Below, piece after piece: positions 18,601 to 28,623 of a stretch of 64,000 nucleotides of DNA. The stretch is from Minisyncoccota bacterium (GTDB lineage Bacteria > Patescibacteriota > Minisyncoccia > Phycocordibacterales > XYD1-FULL-46-19): the NCBI GenBank assembly GCA_040879645.1, contig JBBDJY010000013.1:30366-94365 (forward strand). Direction: 5' to 3'. The position numbers and the translations under genes were made by a program. Under the pieces are notes generated by a model. It made no database searches, was not told where the DNA came from, and was given only the letters and a program-made list of their open reading frames with translations. The stretch's first letter is position 1, and each line of letters opens with the position of its first letter.

Positions 18601-19416
18601 ATGAAAAAATTTGTCGGTTTTTTGTTTCTGGTGCTTGGTTTTTTAATCTTGGGTCAAACGGCCGAAGCGTTTTTAACTCGTGACCTAACGCTTGGTAGTC
18701 GGGGTGAAGATGTTCGCCAATTGCAAAAATTCTTAAACCGATCTGGCTCCCCGGTGGCTTCAGTCGGCCCCGGTTCACCGGGACAAGAAACGGCTTTTTT
18801 CGGCCAATTAACCAAACAAGCGGTTCGTCGCTATCAAGAATTGCATCAGGCGGAAATTTTGGCGCCGATTGGCCTCGCCACCGGCACCGGCTATGTCGGC
18901 CGGCTGACTCGGAGGCAGATTAATTTGGCGGCCGATTTCGCTGACCATCAGCCGGTGACCGATACGATAACTCCGTCGCCGGATAGTTCGGAGCCGGAAA
19001 TCTTGGTGACCGAACCGCTCGTTTCCAGGGCCAAAACGAATGAGCCGACACCAAAATCGGTGTCGGCTGAAACTTCCGTCTTAAATAATAACCTGACCCC
19101 CGACTTTTCTCTTCCTTCACCACCGCCAAGATCGGCCACCATGAGTCTATTCTTAGTCAACCCTTCAACCGGTCGACCGGGAACAATGGTAACTATTGCC
19201 GGCGAGGGTTTTGATACCAAAGCCAATACCGTCTATACCGGTAGTGAAGTTTTGTCGGCCATACCGTCGGCCGATGGTCAAAGTCTGACCGTGACAATTA
19301 ACAGTCCTTTTACCGGCGAAGCTGATCCCGAGGGTTTTGATTTACCCCTGCGTCTTTATGTGGAAAATGATACCGGCATCAGTAATCCGCTTATTTTTAA
19401 TTTAGTTTTTGATTAG
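18601..19416 (+). CDS. Secreted peptidoglycan-binding domain protein with a C-terminal IPT/TIG-like domain
   Basis: Signal peptide. LTLGSRGEDVRQLQKFLN...FGQLTKQAVRRYQ...GYVG.LTR matches PG_binding_1, and PSTGRPGTMVTIAGEGF matches TIG. Confidence 0.8.
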   Translation: MKKFVGFLFLVLGFLILGQTAEAFLTRDLTLGSRGEDVRQLQKFLNRSGSPVASVGPGSPGQETAFFGQLTKQAVRRYQELHQAEILAPIGLATGTGYVGRLTRRQINLAADFADHQPVTDTITPSPDSSEPEILVTEPLVSRAKTNEPTPKSVSAETSVLNNNLTPDFSLPSPPPRSATMSLFLVNPSTGRPGTMVTIAGEGFDTKANTVYTGSEVLSAIPSADGQSLTVTINSPFTGEADPEGFDLPLRLYVENDTGISNPLIFNLVFD

Positions 19417-19497
19417 GGTTCGCTGGCGGACCTTTGATTTTATTGTCGCTAAAGCTGTTACTACTTATTCTTAACCGCTTTATGTTAGAATAAGGTA

Positions 19498-19884
19498 ATG
19501 ACTAAAACACTTTTCAGCTTATCGGCGATTATTTTATTTACTTTTTTTCCGCTTACCGCTTTGGCGCAATCGGCCGGCATTCCTTTCGGTGGGCAAATTA
19601 TTGCACCACCTATTCCTTGTACTTGTCCCTTTACCCCCGGAGTACAAATTATTATCAAACCGGCTTTACCGGCTTGGCCGACGCACTTGGTGTATTTACC
19701 CGGTGTCAGTATTTTATATCAGTACTACCAAATCTTTCGTCCCGGCCCTCATTTGCTTGGTTTGGTTGCGCCGACACCGGTTCCTTGTTTAATGGTGGCA
19801 CCCCCGCCGTTTTTTTGTCGCCCGCCTTTGGCTCCATATTTACCGGCCGGTTTGCCGATTATTATGACCGGTACTTCACTTTAA
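19498..19884 (+). CDS. Small secreted Cys/Pro-rich hypothetical protein
   Basis: Signal peptide ending ALA, then PFGGQI..CTC..LLG..C..C..GTS. Confidence 0.7.
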   Translation: MTKTLFSLSAIILFTFFPLTALAQSAGIPFGGQIIAPPIPCTCPFTPGVQIIIKPALPAWPTHLVYLPGVSILYQYYQIFRPGPHLLGLVAPTPVPCLMVAPPPFFCRPPLAPYLPAGLPIIMTGTSL

Positions 19885-20394
19885 TTCCAAAGTATTACCG
19901 ATGGTGAGGTTTAATCGTTCAACCAGGCCGGCCTTGATTTCCAAAACATATTTAGCCGGTTCTTTTGAGGTGATAGTTTCGGGATAGGTTTCGGGCGAGA
20001 AATTTTCGGTCAGATCAATAATCGTTAAGTCTTCATCCAGCCAAATAATATCAAGCGGGAAATTCATCTCTTTCATCCAAAAATTATAATTTCCGGCGGT
20101 TGGGAAAATAAATAACATTCCGTGATTGGCGGGCAACTCTTGGCGACCGGCTAGGCCTTTGGCCCGATCCCTTGGCGTATCGGCAATCTCCAAAGTAAAA
20201 ACTTGTCCGGCGATTAAAACGGATGACGGCACCGTTTTATTTATCGAATTGTCTGTCTCTTCCGGCCGCGGAGTTACTGCTCGGTCCGCCGGCGCCCTTG
20301 TTTCTTCCGGCCAAATAAACAGCAGGCCGGTTAAAACGACGGCGATAAAAATAAAGACAATTAGTCGGTTAACTTTTGAGCCAAACATTGCCAT
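19876..20394 (-). CDS. DUF192 family protein
   Basis: EIADT...RAKGL..R..L....GMLFIF...FWMKEMNFPLDIIW...YVLEI.AG. Confidence 0.9.
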   Translation of the reverse strand: MAMFGSKVNRLIVFIFIAVVLTGLLFIWPEETRAPADRAVTPRPEETDNSINKTVPSSVLIAGQVFTLEIADTPRDRAKGLAGRQELPANHGMLFIFPTAGNYNFWMKEMNFPLDIIWLDEDLTIIDLTENFSPETYPETITSKEPAKYVLEIKAGLVERLNLTIGNTLELK

Positions 20395-21134
20395 TGTTTA
20401 ATCGTAAGCTCTTCCGGCCGGCAAGTCGAGACCAGGCCGCATTTGGCCAGAGTTTTTACGGGGACGGAAAGGTTGTTTTTTAATTGTTTGCGTTTTTGAC
20501 CGAAGGCTTGTTTAATGATGGCAAAAAAAGTTTCTTCATTAATATCGGTAAAATAATTTTTATTAATATCGGTAATTTTAATAATCGCCGAATCAACTTT
20601 CGGTGGGGGGTGAAAGGCACCGGCCGGCACGGTTTTTAATCGTTTGGCTCGGCCATAGACCTTAACGCTAATTGATAATAAACTTTCCCGGCCGGCGGTG
20701 GCGATAATTCGGTCGGCGACTTCTTTTTGGACCAAAGCGACAATCAAAGACGGTTGGCGTTTGGTTTGTAAAAAACGGCGAAAAAATTGGCCGGTTAAGT
20801 AATAAGGGATATTGGCAATAATCTTATAATCCCCGGTTGGTAATTCTTTTTCCGGTTTAAAGTCCAAAATATCTCCTTCAACGATGTTTAATTGCCCGGT
20901 TTTGACCGCCGACGCAAATTTAGTGGTTAAAAAAGGAATCAAGTCGCGGTCCTTTTCCACCGCTACGACTTTTCCACCGGCGGTGATGAGTTTTTCGGTC
21001 AGAGCGCCCCGTCCCGGGCCGATCTCCAGGATCGTTTCACCCGGATTTATTTCACCGGCCTCGGCGATGTCGGTTAAGATTTTGTCGGAAGTCAGGAAAT
21101 GTTGGCCGAGTGATTTTTTGGGCGAATTAAGCAT
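20361..21134 (-). CDS. rsmA: 16S rRNA dimethyladenosine transferase KsgA/RsmA
   Basis: Motifs KKSLGQHFL, LEIGPGRGALT, ANIPYY and FHPPPKVDS. Confidence 0.97.
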   Translation of the reverse strand: MLNSPKKSLGQHFLTSDKILTDIAEAGEINPGETILEIGPGRGALTEKLITAGGKVVAVEKDRDLIPFLTTKFASAVKTGQLNIVEGDILDFKPEKELPTGDYKIIANIPYYLTGQFFRRFLQTKRQPSLIVALVQKEVADRIIATAGRESLLSISVKVYGRAKRLKTVPAGAFHPPPKVDSAIIKITDINKNYFTDINEETFFAIIKQAFGQKRKQLKNNLSVPVKTLAKCGLVSTCRPEELTIKQWQCLAQKLTD

Positions 21135-21136
21135 AT

Positions 21137-23041
21137 TTAGATAATAACCGATTCCTCGATCGAGGGAAGGGCGGTCAGGTATTCTTCCGGCAGGTCAATC
21201 AGAAATTCCGACGGCAGATTGGTTTGTCGACTGCCGTAAATCGTTCGGACTTGGGCATAGGAAAGAAATAATTTGCGTCGGGCCCGGGTAATGGCGACAT
21301 AAAACAGACGCCGTTCTTCTTCTTCATCTCGGTCGCTGTCATTCCCCATCATTTGATGCGGGAATAAGCCTTCTTCCAAACCGGTGACAAAAACCGCATC
21401 AAATTCCAAACCCTTGGCGGCGTGAACCGTCATTAAGCGGACATTTGGCCGGTCGCTTTGCATCGTGTCTTGGTCAGACAGGAGGGCCATTTCGGCCAGC
21501 AAATCGGCGACGCCGTCAGCGGTCGGAAAATTATCATACTTACCGGCCAAAGTAACCAATTCTTTAATATTTTCAATTCGTTCCAAACCATCGTCACCCT
21601 CTTTTTTTAATTGGTCGAGCAAGCCGGAATGATCAATGACAAATTTAATCAATTGGGAAACCGTTAAGGTATTAGCGGTGATATGTTTTTCAATCCGGTG
21701 TAAAATATTACGGAACTGATCTATTTTTTGACGGACGGTGGCCGGCAATGATGATTCTTCTCCGGCGGCGATTTTAAGCAAAGTGACTTTACCAATCCCC
21801 CGTCGCGGTTTGTTGATAATTCGCTTGATTGATTCAAAATCGGTTTGATTGAGAGCGGCTTTAATGTAAGCCAAGACATCTTTAACCTCTTGGCGTTCAA
21901 AGAACCTGACTCCCAAGACTTGATAAGGTAGACTCTCGGCCAAGAAGGCTTCTTCCAAAATTCGCGACTGAAAATTAGCTCGATACAAAACGGCAATCTC
22001 ATTCGGTGGCAGACCGTCGGCGATTAAACTTTTGGTTTGATGGGCGATAAATCGAGCTTCATCGGCTTCATCCAAGGCGGCATAAAGGCCAAGTTTGTCG
22101 CCGGCCGGATTGGCGGTGAATAAATTCTTTTCCCGTCGTTTGCTATTTTTTTTGATGATGGCGTTAGCGGCGCCGATAATGTTTCCGCTGGAACGGTAAT
22201 TTTCTTCCAACAGAACGGTTTTGGCGGTCGGGTAATCTTCTTCAAAATTTAAAATATTGGTAAAATCGGCCCCACGCCAGCTATAGATCGATTGATCAAC
22301 ATCGCCGACGACGCAAATGTTGTTTCGGCCGGCAGACAACAGGCGGGATAGGCGGTATTGAATCTGATTAGTGTCTTGATATTCGTCAATATGAATATAC
22401 TGCCAATGTTTTTGGTGACGGGCCAAGACTTCCGGCTCTTTTTGCAATAATTGCAAACTCTTAAGTAATAAATCGTCAAAATCAAGAGCCCCGGCCTGAT
22501 TTAAAAGGTTTTCATAGCGATGCCAGATTTGGGCAATCAAACGGGCGCGATAATCAATGCTTGAGGCTTGTTCATAATCATTTACGCTTTGCCCTCGGCC
22601 CTTGGCGGCAGAAATCGCCCCCAAAATCTTTTTCGGTTCCCATTGTTTCGGGTCAATGCCGGCTTCACTCATCGCTCCCTTTAGGCGGGTAATCGATTCA
22701 TGGCGGTCAAGAATATTGAAGTGTCTTTTTAGGCCGATTTTGCCGGCGTCGGCTCGCAGGAGGTGGACACCGAGGGAATGAAAAGTGCCAATAAAAGGCA
22801 TTTGACCGGTCCCTTTAATAAAACGAAGGCGGTTGCGCATTTCACCGGCCGCCTTATTGGTAAAAGTTACAGCCAGAATATTTTCCGGACTGATACCTTG
22901 ACTGATCAATTCATTGATTCGAGCAATGATGGTTTTGGTTTTGCCGGCCCCGGCCCCGGCCATGATTAAAAGCGGCCCTTGTAAATAAGTCGCCGCTTCT
23001 TTTTGTTTGGGATTTAATCCGACTAAGTGATCCACCATCAT
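21137..23041 (-). CDS. uvrD: ATP-dependent DNA helicase UvrD/PcrA
   Basis: Motifs AGAGAGKT, TFTNKAA, IDEYQDTN, VGDVDQSIY, MTVHAAKGLEF and EERRLFYVAITRA. Probable start MMVDHL; the track starts at 23104. Confidence 0.95.
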   Translation of the reverse strand: MMVDHLVGLNPKQKEAATYLQGPLLIMAGAGAGKTKTIIARINELISQGISPENILAVTFTNKAAGEMRNRLRFIKGTGQMPFIGTFHSLGVHLLRADAGKIGLKRHFNILDRHESITRLKGAMSEAGIDPKQWEPKKILGAISAAKGRGQSVNDYEQASSIDYRARLIAQIWHRYENLLNQAGALDFDDLLLKSLQLLQKEPEVLARHQKHWQYIHIDEYQDTNQIQYRLSRLLSAGRNNICVVGDVDQSIYSWRGADFTNILNFEEDYPTAKTVLLEENYRSSGNIIGAANAIIKKNSKRREKNLFTANPAGDKLGLYAALDEADEARFIAHQTKSLIADGLPPNEIAVLYRANFQSRILEEAFLAESLPYQVLGVRFFERQEVKDVLAYIKAALNQTDFESIKRIINKPRRGIGKVTLLKIAAGEESSLPATVRQKIDQFRNILHRIEKHITANTLTVSQLIKFVIDHSGLLDQLKKEGDDGLERIENIKELVTLAGKYDNFPTADGVADLLAEMALLSDQDTMQSDRPNVRLMTVHAAKGLEFDAVFVTGLEEGLFPHQMMGNDSDRDEEEERRLFYVAITRARRKLFLSYAQVRTIYGSRQTNLPSEFLIDLPEEYLTALPSIEESVII

Positions 23042-23113
23042 ACTATAGCATAATTGCCGATGGTTTAAGCTTTTAATATCGCCAGAATTAGTTTTAAATG
23101 TCAAATTTTTTGT

Positions 23114-23122
23114 TTATCCACA
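23114..23122 (+). promoter_or_regulatory. Perfect DnaA box in the divergent uvrD / M23 intergenic region
   Basis: TTATCCACA. Confidence 0.55.
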
Positions 23123-23349
23123 CCCGCTGGAAAGGCCCTTGATTTATCATCGGAGGCCGTTATAATAGGATTATCGGTTGAATTTTCCGACGATAGAAAT
23201 GGCTTAAAATAACGGTTTTTTCGGTTTCGGAATTATGAGTTAAACATTGGCTTATTTTACTTAAATCACAAGCGGAGGAAGCGGATTCGTCCCCTTTCTC
23301 GAAAATATGGATATTTTTTAAATCTTTCGGTCAAAGGCCGGTTTGGGTT

Positions 23350-24345
23350 TTGATTTTGATTGTTATCTTTTTTAAATTGGTTACGCCGGCTAATGCCGGC
23401 GTTATGTCGGTGTTTAATAATTTCTTCGGCACCGAAGAAATTATTCGTCAAAAGTCAGCCATTAATTCTCAAAACATTCCCCTGCTTCAATCGGCCTCAA
23501 CTTTGGCCGCCGGTTATGGCCGGGGTGGCGGTGGCACGACAGTGGTCAAGGGTAGCTATTTGGAGGCGGCGACCGGGCCGTTATCAACTTCGCCCGATAT
23601 TACCACTCCGCCAAGTGACCAGATTAGTGTTTATGTTGTCCGGCCCGGCGATAATTTATCGCAAATCGCCGAGATGTTTAAGGTTTCGGCCAATACCATC
23701 CGTTGGGCTAACGATATTAATCGGAATGATGTTATTCAAACCGGTCAGGTCTTGGTTATTCTGCCGATTTCCGGTCTTAAATATACTATCAAAGAAGATG
23801 ATACTTTGGCCGGTATCGCCAAAGAGTTTAAGGGCGATTTAAGTGAAATCGCCCGTTTTAACGGTCTGGAAACCGGAGCTCGCTTGACGGTGGGCAGTGA
23901 AATAATTATTCCCAATGCCGATCTTCACACCAGTCCCGTTTCGCGGCCGGCCGGTGGGGCGGTGGCCCGGTCAAATTCTTCTTCGGTCGGCAATACCGGC
24001 GGTTACTTTATTCGTCCGGTACCGGCCGGCGCCGTTCGGACGCAAGGTATCCACGGTTATAATGGTGTTGACTTGGCCGCCGCTCATGGTTCCGATATTT
24101 ATGCCGCCGCCGCCGGAACGGTGATTATCAGTCGGGCCGGTAGTTGGAATGGCGGTTACGGTAATTATGTTGTTGTTCGTCATGATAACGGAACCCAGAC
24201 TCTTTACGCTCACTTAAGTGCCAATCTCGTCAGTCAGGGTCAAACCGTCGTGGCCGGACAAGTTATCGGCCGGATGGGTTCAACCGGATTTTCCACCGGT
24301 AGTCACTTGCACTTTGAAGTCCGCGGTGGCACTAATCCTTTTTAA
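23350..24345 (+). CDS. LysM x2 plus M23 family peptidoglycan DD-endopeptidase
   Basis: LysM motifs YVVRPGDNLSQIA and YTIKEDDTLAGIA. M23 motifs HGYNGVD, LYAH and STGSHLHFEV. Confidence 0.93.
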   Translation: MILIVIFFKLVTPANAGVMSVFNNFFGTEEIIRQKSAINSQNIPLLQSASTLAAGYGRGGGGTTVVKGSYLEAATGPLSTSPDITTPPSDQISVYVVRPGDNLSQIAEMFKVSANTIRWANDINRNDVIQTGQVLVILPISGLKYTIKEDDTLAGIAKEFKGDLSEIARFNGLETGARLTVGSEIIIPNADLHTSPVSRPAGGAVARSNSSSVGNTGGYFIRPVPAGAVRTQGIHGYNGVDLAAAHGSDIYAAAAGTVIISRAGSWNGGYGNYVVVRHDNGTQTLYAHLSANLVSQGQTVVAGQVIGRMGSTGFSTGSHLHFEVRGGTNPF

Positions 24346-24374
24346 TTTGTCTAGATAATACCCTAAGCGGGTAG

Positions 24375-24400
24375 CCCCTCCTCTCGCGAGGAGGGGTTTT
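24375..24400 (+). terminator. GC-rich hairpin plus T-tract; member of a 3-copy palindrome family
   Basis: CCCCTCCTCTCGCGAGGAGGGG-TTTT following the M23 gene. Confidence 0.7.
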
Positions 24401-24489
24401 GATTTTAGGGCCGGCCGACGAAGTAAAAAAGCGACCTTGTTTTGGCGATATGATATGATACTTGGTATTAACCAGCTATATTCTAAATT

Positions 24490-25194
24490 ATGAATTTCTT
24501 CAAAAAATTATCCAAACAAGTTGTCAATGAACCGGAAGCCGAATTAAAAGTTACTCCGCCATCCGTCGGCGAAATGGAAGAAGCGATTGCCAAGCGAATC
24601 AGGGTGATTAAAAGAGAGTTTACCGATGGCTTTAATTTTATTAAAAATCATACCCGGTCGGTAACTTTTTTCGGTTCGGCCCGGTTTGATCCGGATCACC
24701 CCTTTTATCGCCAGGCCGAAGATTTGGCGGCCAGATTGTCTAAGGCGGGTTTCACTATTGTGACCGGTGGTGGTCCGGGGATTATGCAAGCCGCCAATCA
24801 GGGAGCAAATGAAGCCGGTGGCCAGTCGCTCGGTCTGACTATTTCTTTGCCCAATGAACAGATAACCAATCCTTATTTGACGGATTATATCGGTTTTAAT
24901 TATTTTTTCACCCGCAAGGTCTGCTTGTCTTTTTCTGCCAAGGCTTTCATTTATTTTCCCGGCGGTTTCGGTACTTTGGATGAATTATTTGAAATTATAA
25001 CTTTGGTCCAAACGATGAAGATTCCCCCGGTACCGATTATTTTGGTTGGCAGTGAATTTTGGCAACCGTTGGCGGATTTTATTCGCCGATATTTATTGGA
25101 AAAAAATCAAACCATCAGCTCGAAGGATTTGGACCTTTTTATCATCACCGACGATTTGGCCGAAGTGGTGGAAGTGGTTAAGCGGACAATCTAA
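24490..25194 (+). CDS. LOG family (TIGR00730) nucleotide phosphoribohydrolase
   Basis: Motifs FFGSAR, TGGGPGIM and PGGFGTLDE. Confidence 0.93.
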   Translation: MNFFKKLSKQVVNEPEAELKVTPPSVGEMEEAIAKRIRVIKREFTDGFNFIKNHTRSVTFFGSARFDPDHPFYRQAEDLAARLSKAGFTIVTGGGPGIMQAANQGANEAGGQSLGLTISLPNEQITNPYLTDYIGFNYFFTRKVCLSFSAKAFIYFPGGFGTLDELFEIITLVQTMKIPPVPIILVGSEFWQPLADFIRRYLLEKNQTISSKDLDLFIITDDLAEVVEVVKRTI

Positions 25195-25204
25195 AAGTAA
25201 AAAG

Positions 25205-26740
25205 CTAGTGGTTTTTCGGCCGATATTGCAAGGCTTCCCATAGATGTTTTTCTTCAATATTTTCCGTTTGCTCCAAGTCGGCAATGGTTCGAGCCAGGCG
25301 TAAAACACGATGATAGGCTCTGGCGGATAAGCCTAGGCGCAAAGCGGCCTGGTCAAACATCTGCCTCCCGGCCGGTTTCAGGGTTGTGTATTTTTTCATT
25401 TCTTTTAAGTCCATTTCGGCATTGGTCGTCGCTTGGCTTTGCCGGAATCGTTTCTCTTGAATCTGACGAGCGATAATAACTCGCTTTCTTTTTTCGGCTG
25501 AAGATTCGCTTTGGCTGTCGGCTGATAATTCCGTCGGCCGGACCGCCGGCACCGGTAGCCACATATCAATTCGGTCAATAATCGGCCCGGATAATTTACG
25601 CAGATAACCGGCTAATTGAACCGGGGTGCAAACGCATTCTCGGTCCGAATCTCGATATCCGCAGGGGCAGGGGTTCATGGCGGCGACGAGAATAAAATTA
25701 GCCGGGAAAGTAAAAGAGTGTTTTACCCGGCTGACAGTGGCCAGGCGGTCTTCAAGTGGTCCGCGCAAGGCCTCAATCACCCGTTTGTCAAATTCCGGGA
25801 ATTCGTCAAGGAACAGGACACCCCCATGAGCCAAAGTGATTTCGCCGGGTTTAGGCCAAGATCCGCCACCGATAATGGCGGCATAACTGGCGGTATGATG
25901 AGGCGAGCGGAAAGGCGGATCAGTGATAATTTGGCGCAATCGGCCGGCGACCGAATGGATGCCGGTTATCGCCACCACTTGATCAAATGACAACGGCGGC
26001 AAAATACCGGCCAAAGCTTTAGCTAAAAGAGTTTTGCCGGTACCCGGTGGCCCGGTTAAGGCAATATTATGACCGCCGGCGACGGCAATCTCCAAACCTC
26101 GTTTAGCGGCGTCTTGTCCTTTAATGTCAGCAAAGTCAATACCGGCCGGTTTTGCTTTACCGGTAATTTCTCTCGGTGGATTGATTTTAATAATCGATTT
26201 AATTGACTGACCGCCGGTATCGGTTTTTGATTGCCAGTGTTCGGTAATTTGTTTTAATGATTGGCAAGGAAAAACAGACAGTCCTTTGACCAAGGCCGCT
26301 TCCCAAGCATTGTCGGTCGGTACGAATATTTCCTTAAATCCTTGGGCTTTAGCCGCTTGAACCAAGGGTAGGACACCGGTAATTGACCGTAGGCGTCCGT
26401 CTAAAGATAATTCACCCAAAAAAAGTTTATCAGTTCCATCTAAAGTCAGTTGCTTGGAAGCGGCTAAATAACCAAGAGCGATGGCCAAATCAAAATGGGT
26501 ACCGTGTTTTTGGATATTACCCGGAGCCAGTGAAATAATGATCCGTTTATTACCTCGAGCCGGTGGTCGAAAACCCGAATTTTTAATGGCGGAATTTATC
26601 CGATCTTTGGCTTCATCAACCGCTTTGTCGGCTAGGCCGATAATGACAAAAGAACGAAAACCTTTCGTGACATCAACTTCCACATCAACAATATCGGCCT
26701 CAAGACCGATATTTTGCGCTGAATATATTATTGACGGCAT
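25205..26740 (-). CDS. comM: ComM/YifB Mg-chelatase-like AAA+ ATPase (transformation helicase family)
   Basis: Lon-like N-terminus, GPPGTGKT, PFRSPHHT, FLDEFPEF, AAMNPCPCG and SARAYHRVL. Confidence 0.93.
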   Translation of the reverse strand: MPSIIYSAQNIGLEADIVDVEVDVTKGFRSFVIIGLADKAVDEAKDRINSAIKNSGFRPPARGNKRIIISLAPGNIQKHGTHFDLAIALGYLAASKQLTLDGTDKLFLGELSLDGRLRSITGVLPLVQAAKAQGFKEIFVPTDNAWEAALVKGLSVFPCQSLKQITEHWQSKTDTGGQSIKSIIKINPPREITGKAKPAGIDFADIKGQDAAKRGLEIAVAGGHNIALTGPPGTGKTLLAKALAGILPPLSFDQVVAITGIHSVAGRLRQIITDPPFRSPHHTASYAAIIGGGSWPKPGEITLAHGGVLFLDEFPEFDKRVIEALRGPLEDRLATVSRVKHSFTFPANFILVAAMNPCPCGYRDSDRECVCTPVQLAGYLRKLSGPIIDRIDMWLPVPAVRPTELSADSQSESSAEKRKRVIIARQIQEKRFRQSQATTNAEMDLKEMKKYTTLKPAGRQMFDQAALRLGLSARAYHRVLRLARTIADLEQTENIEEKHLWEALQYRPKNH

Positions 26741-26748
26741 AGCCGGCC

Positions 26749-27135
26749 TTAGTCGTTAATCGGTGGCAATTGGTTTTCGTCGTCGAGATGGTTTTTACAG
26801 GTGCGAGCGGCCGGATTAGCTTCCAGTCTTTCTTCTTCAATCGGCTCATTACCAAGTTCACATTGACCGAAATGACCGGTTTCAATTTTTTGCAGGGCAT
26901 GATTAACCTCTTTTAAGCGTTTTTCCAAGGGTACTTCCGCCGCTTCTTGTTCGATTATATTTTCCATTCGATCGGCCATTTCATCATGAAATTCAACCGG
27001 TGTATTTCGATTGGCCGGGGCCGGATTCCAATTATCATCACTGCCCGGCTCAAGTACCCCGACTTTATTAAGCTCGTCGGTTAATACTTTCTTTTCCTTG
27101 GTTAATTTGTCTTTGAGATAATTGGTATCAATCAT
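26749..27135 (-). CDS. DksA/TraR family protein
   Basis: Coiled coil followed by ALQKIETGHFGQC..G..I...RLEANPAARTC..H. Confidence 0.85.
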   Translation of the reverse strand: MIDTNYLKDKLTKEKKVLTDELNKVGVLEPGSDDNWNPAPANRNTPVEFHDEMADRMENIIEQEAAEVPLEKRLKEVNHALQKIETGHFGQCELGNEPIEEERLEANPAARTCKNHLDDENQLPPIND

Positions 27136-27279
27136 TTTTCAATTATAACATAGCCGGATAAAACGGCAATTGCCCAAGTTTTGGAATTACCGGCAATGCC
27201 TAATTTGCCTACCGCTTGCCCTGTCTGCCCTGTCGGCCGGTGGCTTAAGTCGGTCGATGTTTATTGGCGTGCCGAAATA

Positions 27280-27302
27280 CCCCTCCGCTCGCGAGCGGAG
27301 GG
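27280..27302. repeat. Palindrome family copy 2 (REP-like or terminator)
   Basis: CCCCTCCGCTCGCGAGCGGAGGG. Confidence 0.7.
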
Positions 27303-27329
27303 AATGGGAGTTAAGGCCTGTTTTATTTT

Positions 27330-28622
27330 TTAACGATTCAGGCCGCCCAAGCGGACAATATATTCAATCACTTCTCGGTCTTGGGTAAAAATGATGGTTT
27401 GTCGATCCAAAAAAGCGTAAAGAGCGATGGTTTCTCCGGTGGTTTGATTCTCCGCCAAGCGAATATCGATATTGTTGATAATCTGATCACTGAAGGCCAT
27501 CCCCTTAAGTTGGCTATCTATACTCGGGTCGAATATTTTAAGCAGAGCGCCGACGATTTCATTTTCGTAATTAAGCAGAGCGCTAAAAGTATTTTCAAAA
27601 GATTTTGTTGTCACGATGATAAACGGCCGGGCCGTTTCACTTTGATAGGCACCAAGCATATATTCCGGCTCGAGAAAATGATGAAAGTCAGTCGGTGTAT
27701 CAAGATTCATGGCGGTTAAAACAGCCGAAGCCCCAAGAAAACTTTCTTGGCTTTCTTGACCGTCGGCGGTTACCAGCTTGCCGGTCAAATAGATATTTAA
27801 AATGGCATCACTCGGCCGGTCTTTGATTATTTCTCGATTAATAGTTCCGATGATCTGGGCCGGTGACAGGCCGGTCACTTCAAGTTTTTTATTTAGATTG
27901 GCCGGAACCAGCGGTTCATAGGCCGGAGCGGTGATGGTTGTTTGGCGCAGATAATTATTGGTGAAATAAACCAAGCCACTGCCACCGGCCAGTAAAATAC
28001 CGACGGTCATAATCCCGGCCAAGTATTTTAAAGTTTTTTTGTTATCGGGCTTTTTTGCCGGTTCGGTTTTTTTCTGCTTTAGAGCAATGTCTGTCAAAGA
28101 TAGATTTTCCGTTGATACGGTTTTGTCTATATCGGTACGCAGGGTGTGATAAGGAGAAGTTTTTACCCGGTCGCGACTGGTGATTTTTTCAATCAAGTCA
28201 TTGGAGGCTTTCAGTCGGGCCAAGTATTCTTCCTCATGTTTTTTTTTGGCTTCAATTTCCTGTTGTTTGGCGTCTTTATGCTCAGTTAACTTCAGTTTTT
28301 CTTCTGTTTCGGCTTGAGTTTTTAATTCCGCCAAGCGTTTTTCCGCCAAAGCGTGATTGCGGGCTTGATTTTCGGCCAATTCCCGCTTTCGTTTTTGTTC
28401 GGGCGTTTCCATTGCCTTGGCCGCCGCCGCTCGGGCTTTAAGTAATTCCCGATCTTGGTTTTCGTTTTTTTCCCGCTGTTTTTGACCGAGCATGGCCGCT
28501 GCCGCTTCTTCGCGACGCTTGGCTAATTCGGCCTGTTTGCGTTTTTTTTGTTGGTCATAGTCTTGGCCGGCCATGGCTTGCCTGGCCCGCGCCATTTTTT
28601 GTTTTAGGTCTTTATCCTCCAT
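27330..28622 (-). CDS. Bitopic membrane protein with an N-terminal coiled coil
   Basis: A charged helical N-half, one TM (YLAGIMTVGILLAGGSGLVYF) and a globular C-half. Confidence 0.75.
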   Translation of the reverse strand: MEDKDLKQKMARARQAMAGQDYDQQKKRKQAELAKRREEAAAAMLGQKQREKNENQDRELLKARAAAAKAMETPEQKRKRELAENQARNHALAEKRLAELKTQAETEEKLKLTEHKDAKQQEIEAKKKHEEEYLARLKASNDLIEKITSRDRVKTSPYHTLRTDIDKTVSTENLSLTDIALKQKKTEPAKKPDNKKTLKYLAGIMTVGILLAGGSGLVYFTNNYLRQTTITAPAYEPLVPANLNKKLEVTGLSPAQIIGTINREIIKDRPSDAILNIYLTGKLVTADGQESQESFLGASAVLTAMNLDTPTDFHHFLEPEYMLGAYQSETARPFIIVTTKSFENTFSALLNYENEIVGALLKIFDPSIDSQLKGMAFSDQIINNIDIRLAENQTTGETIALYAFLDRQTIIFTQDREVIEYIVRLGGLNR

Positions 28623-28623
28623 T

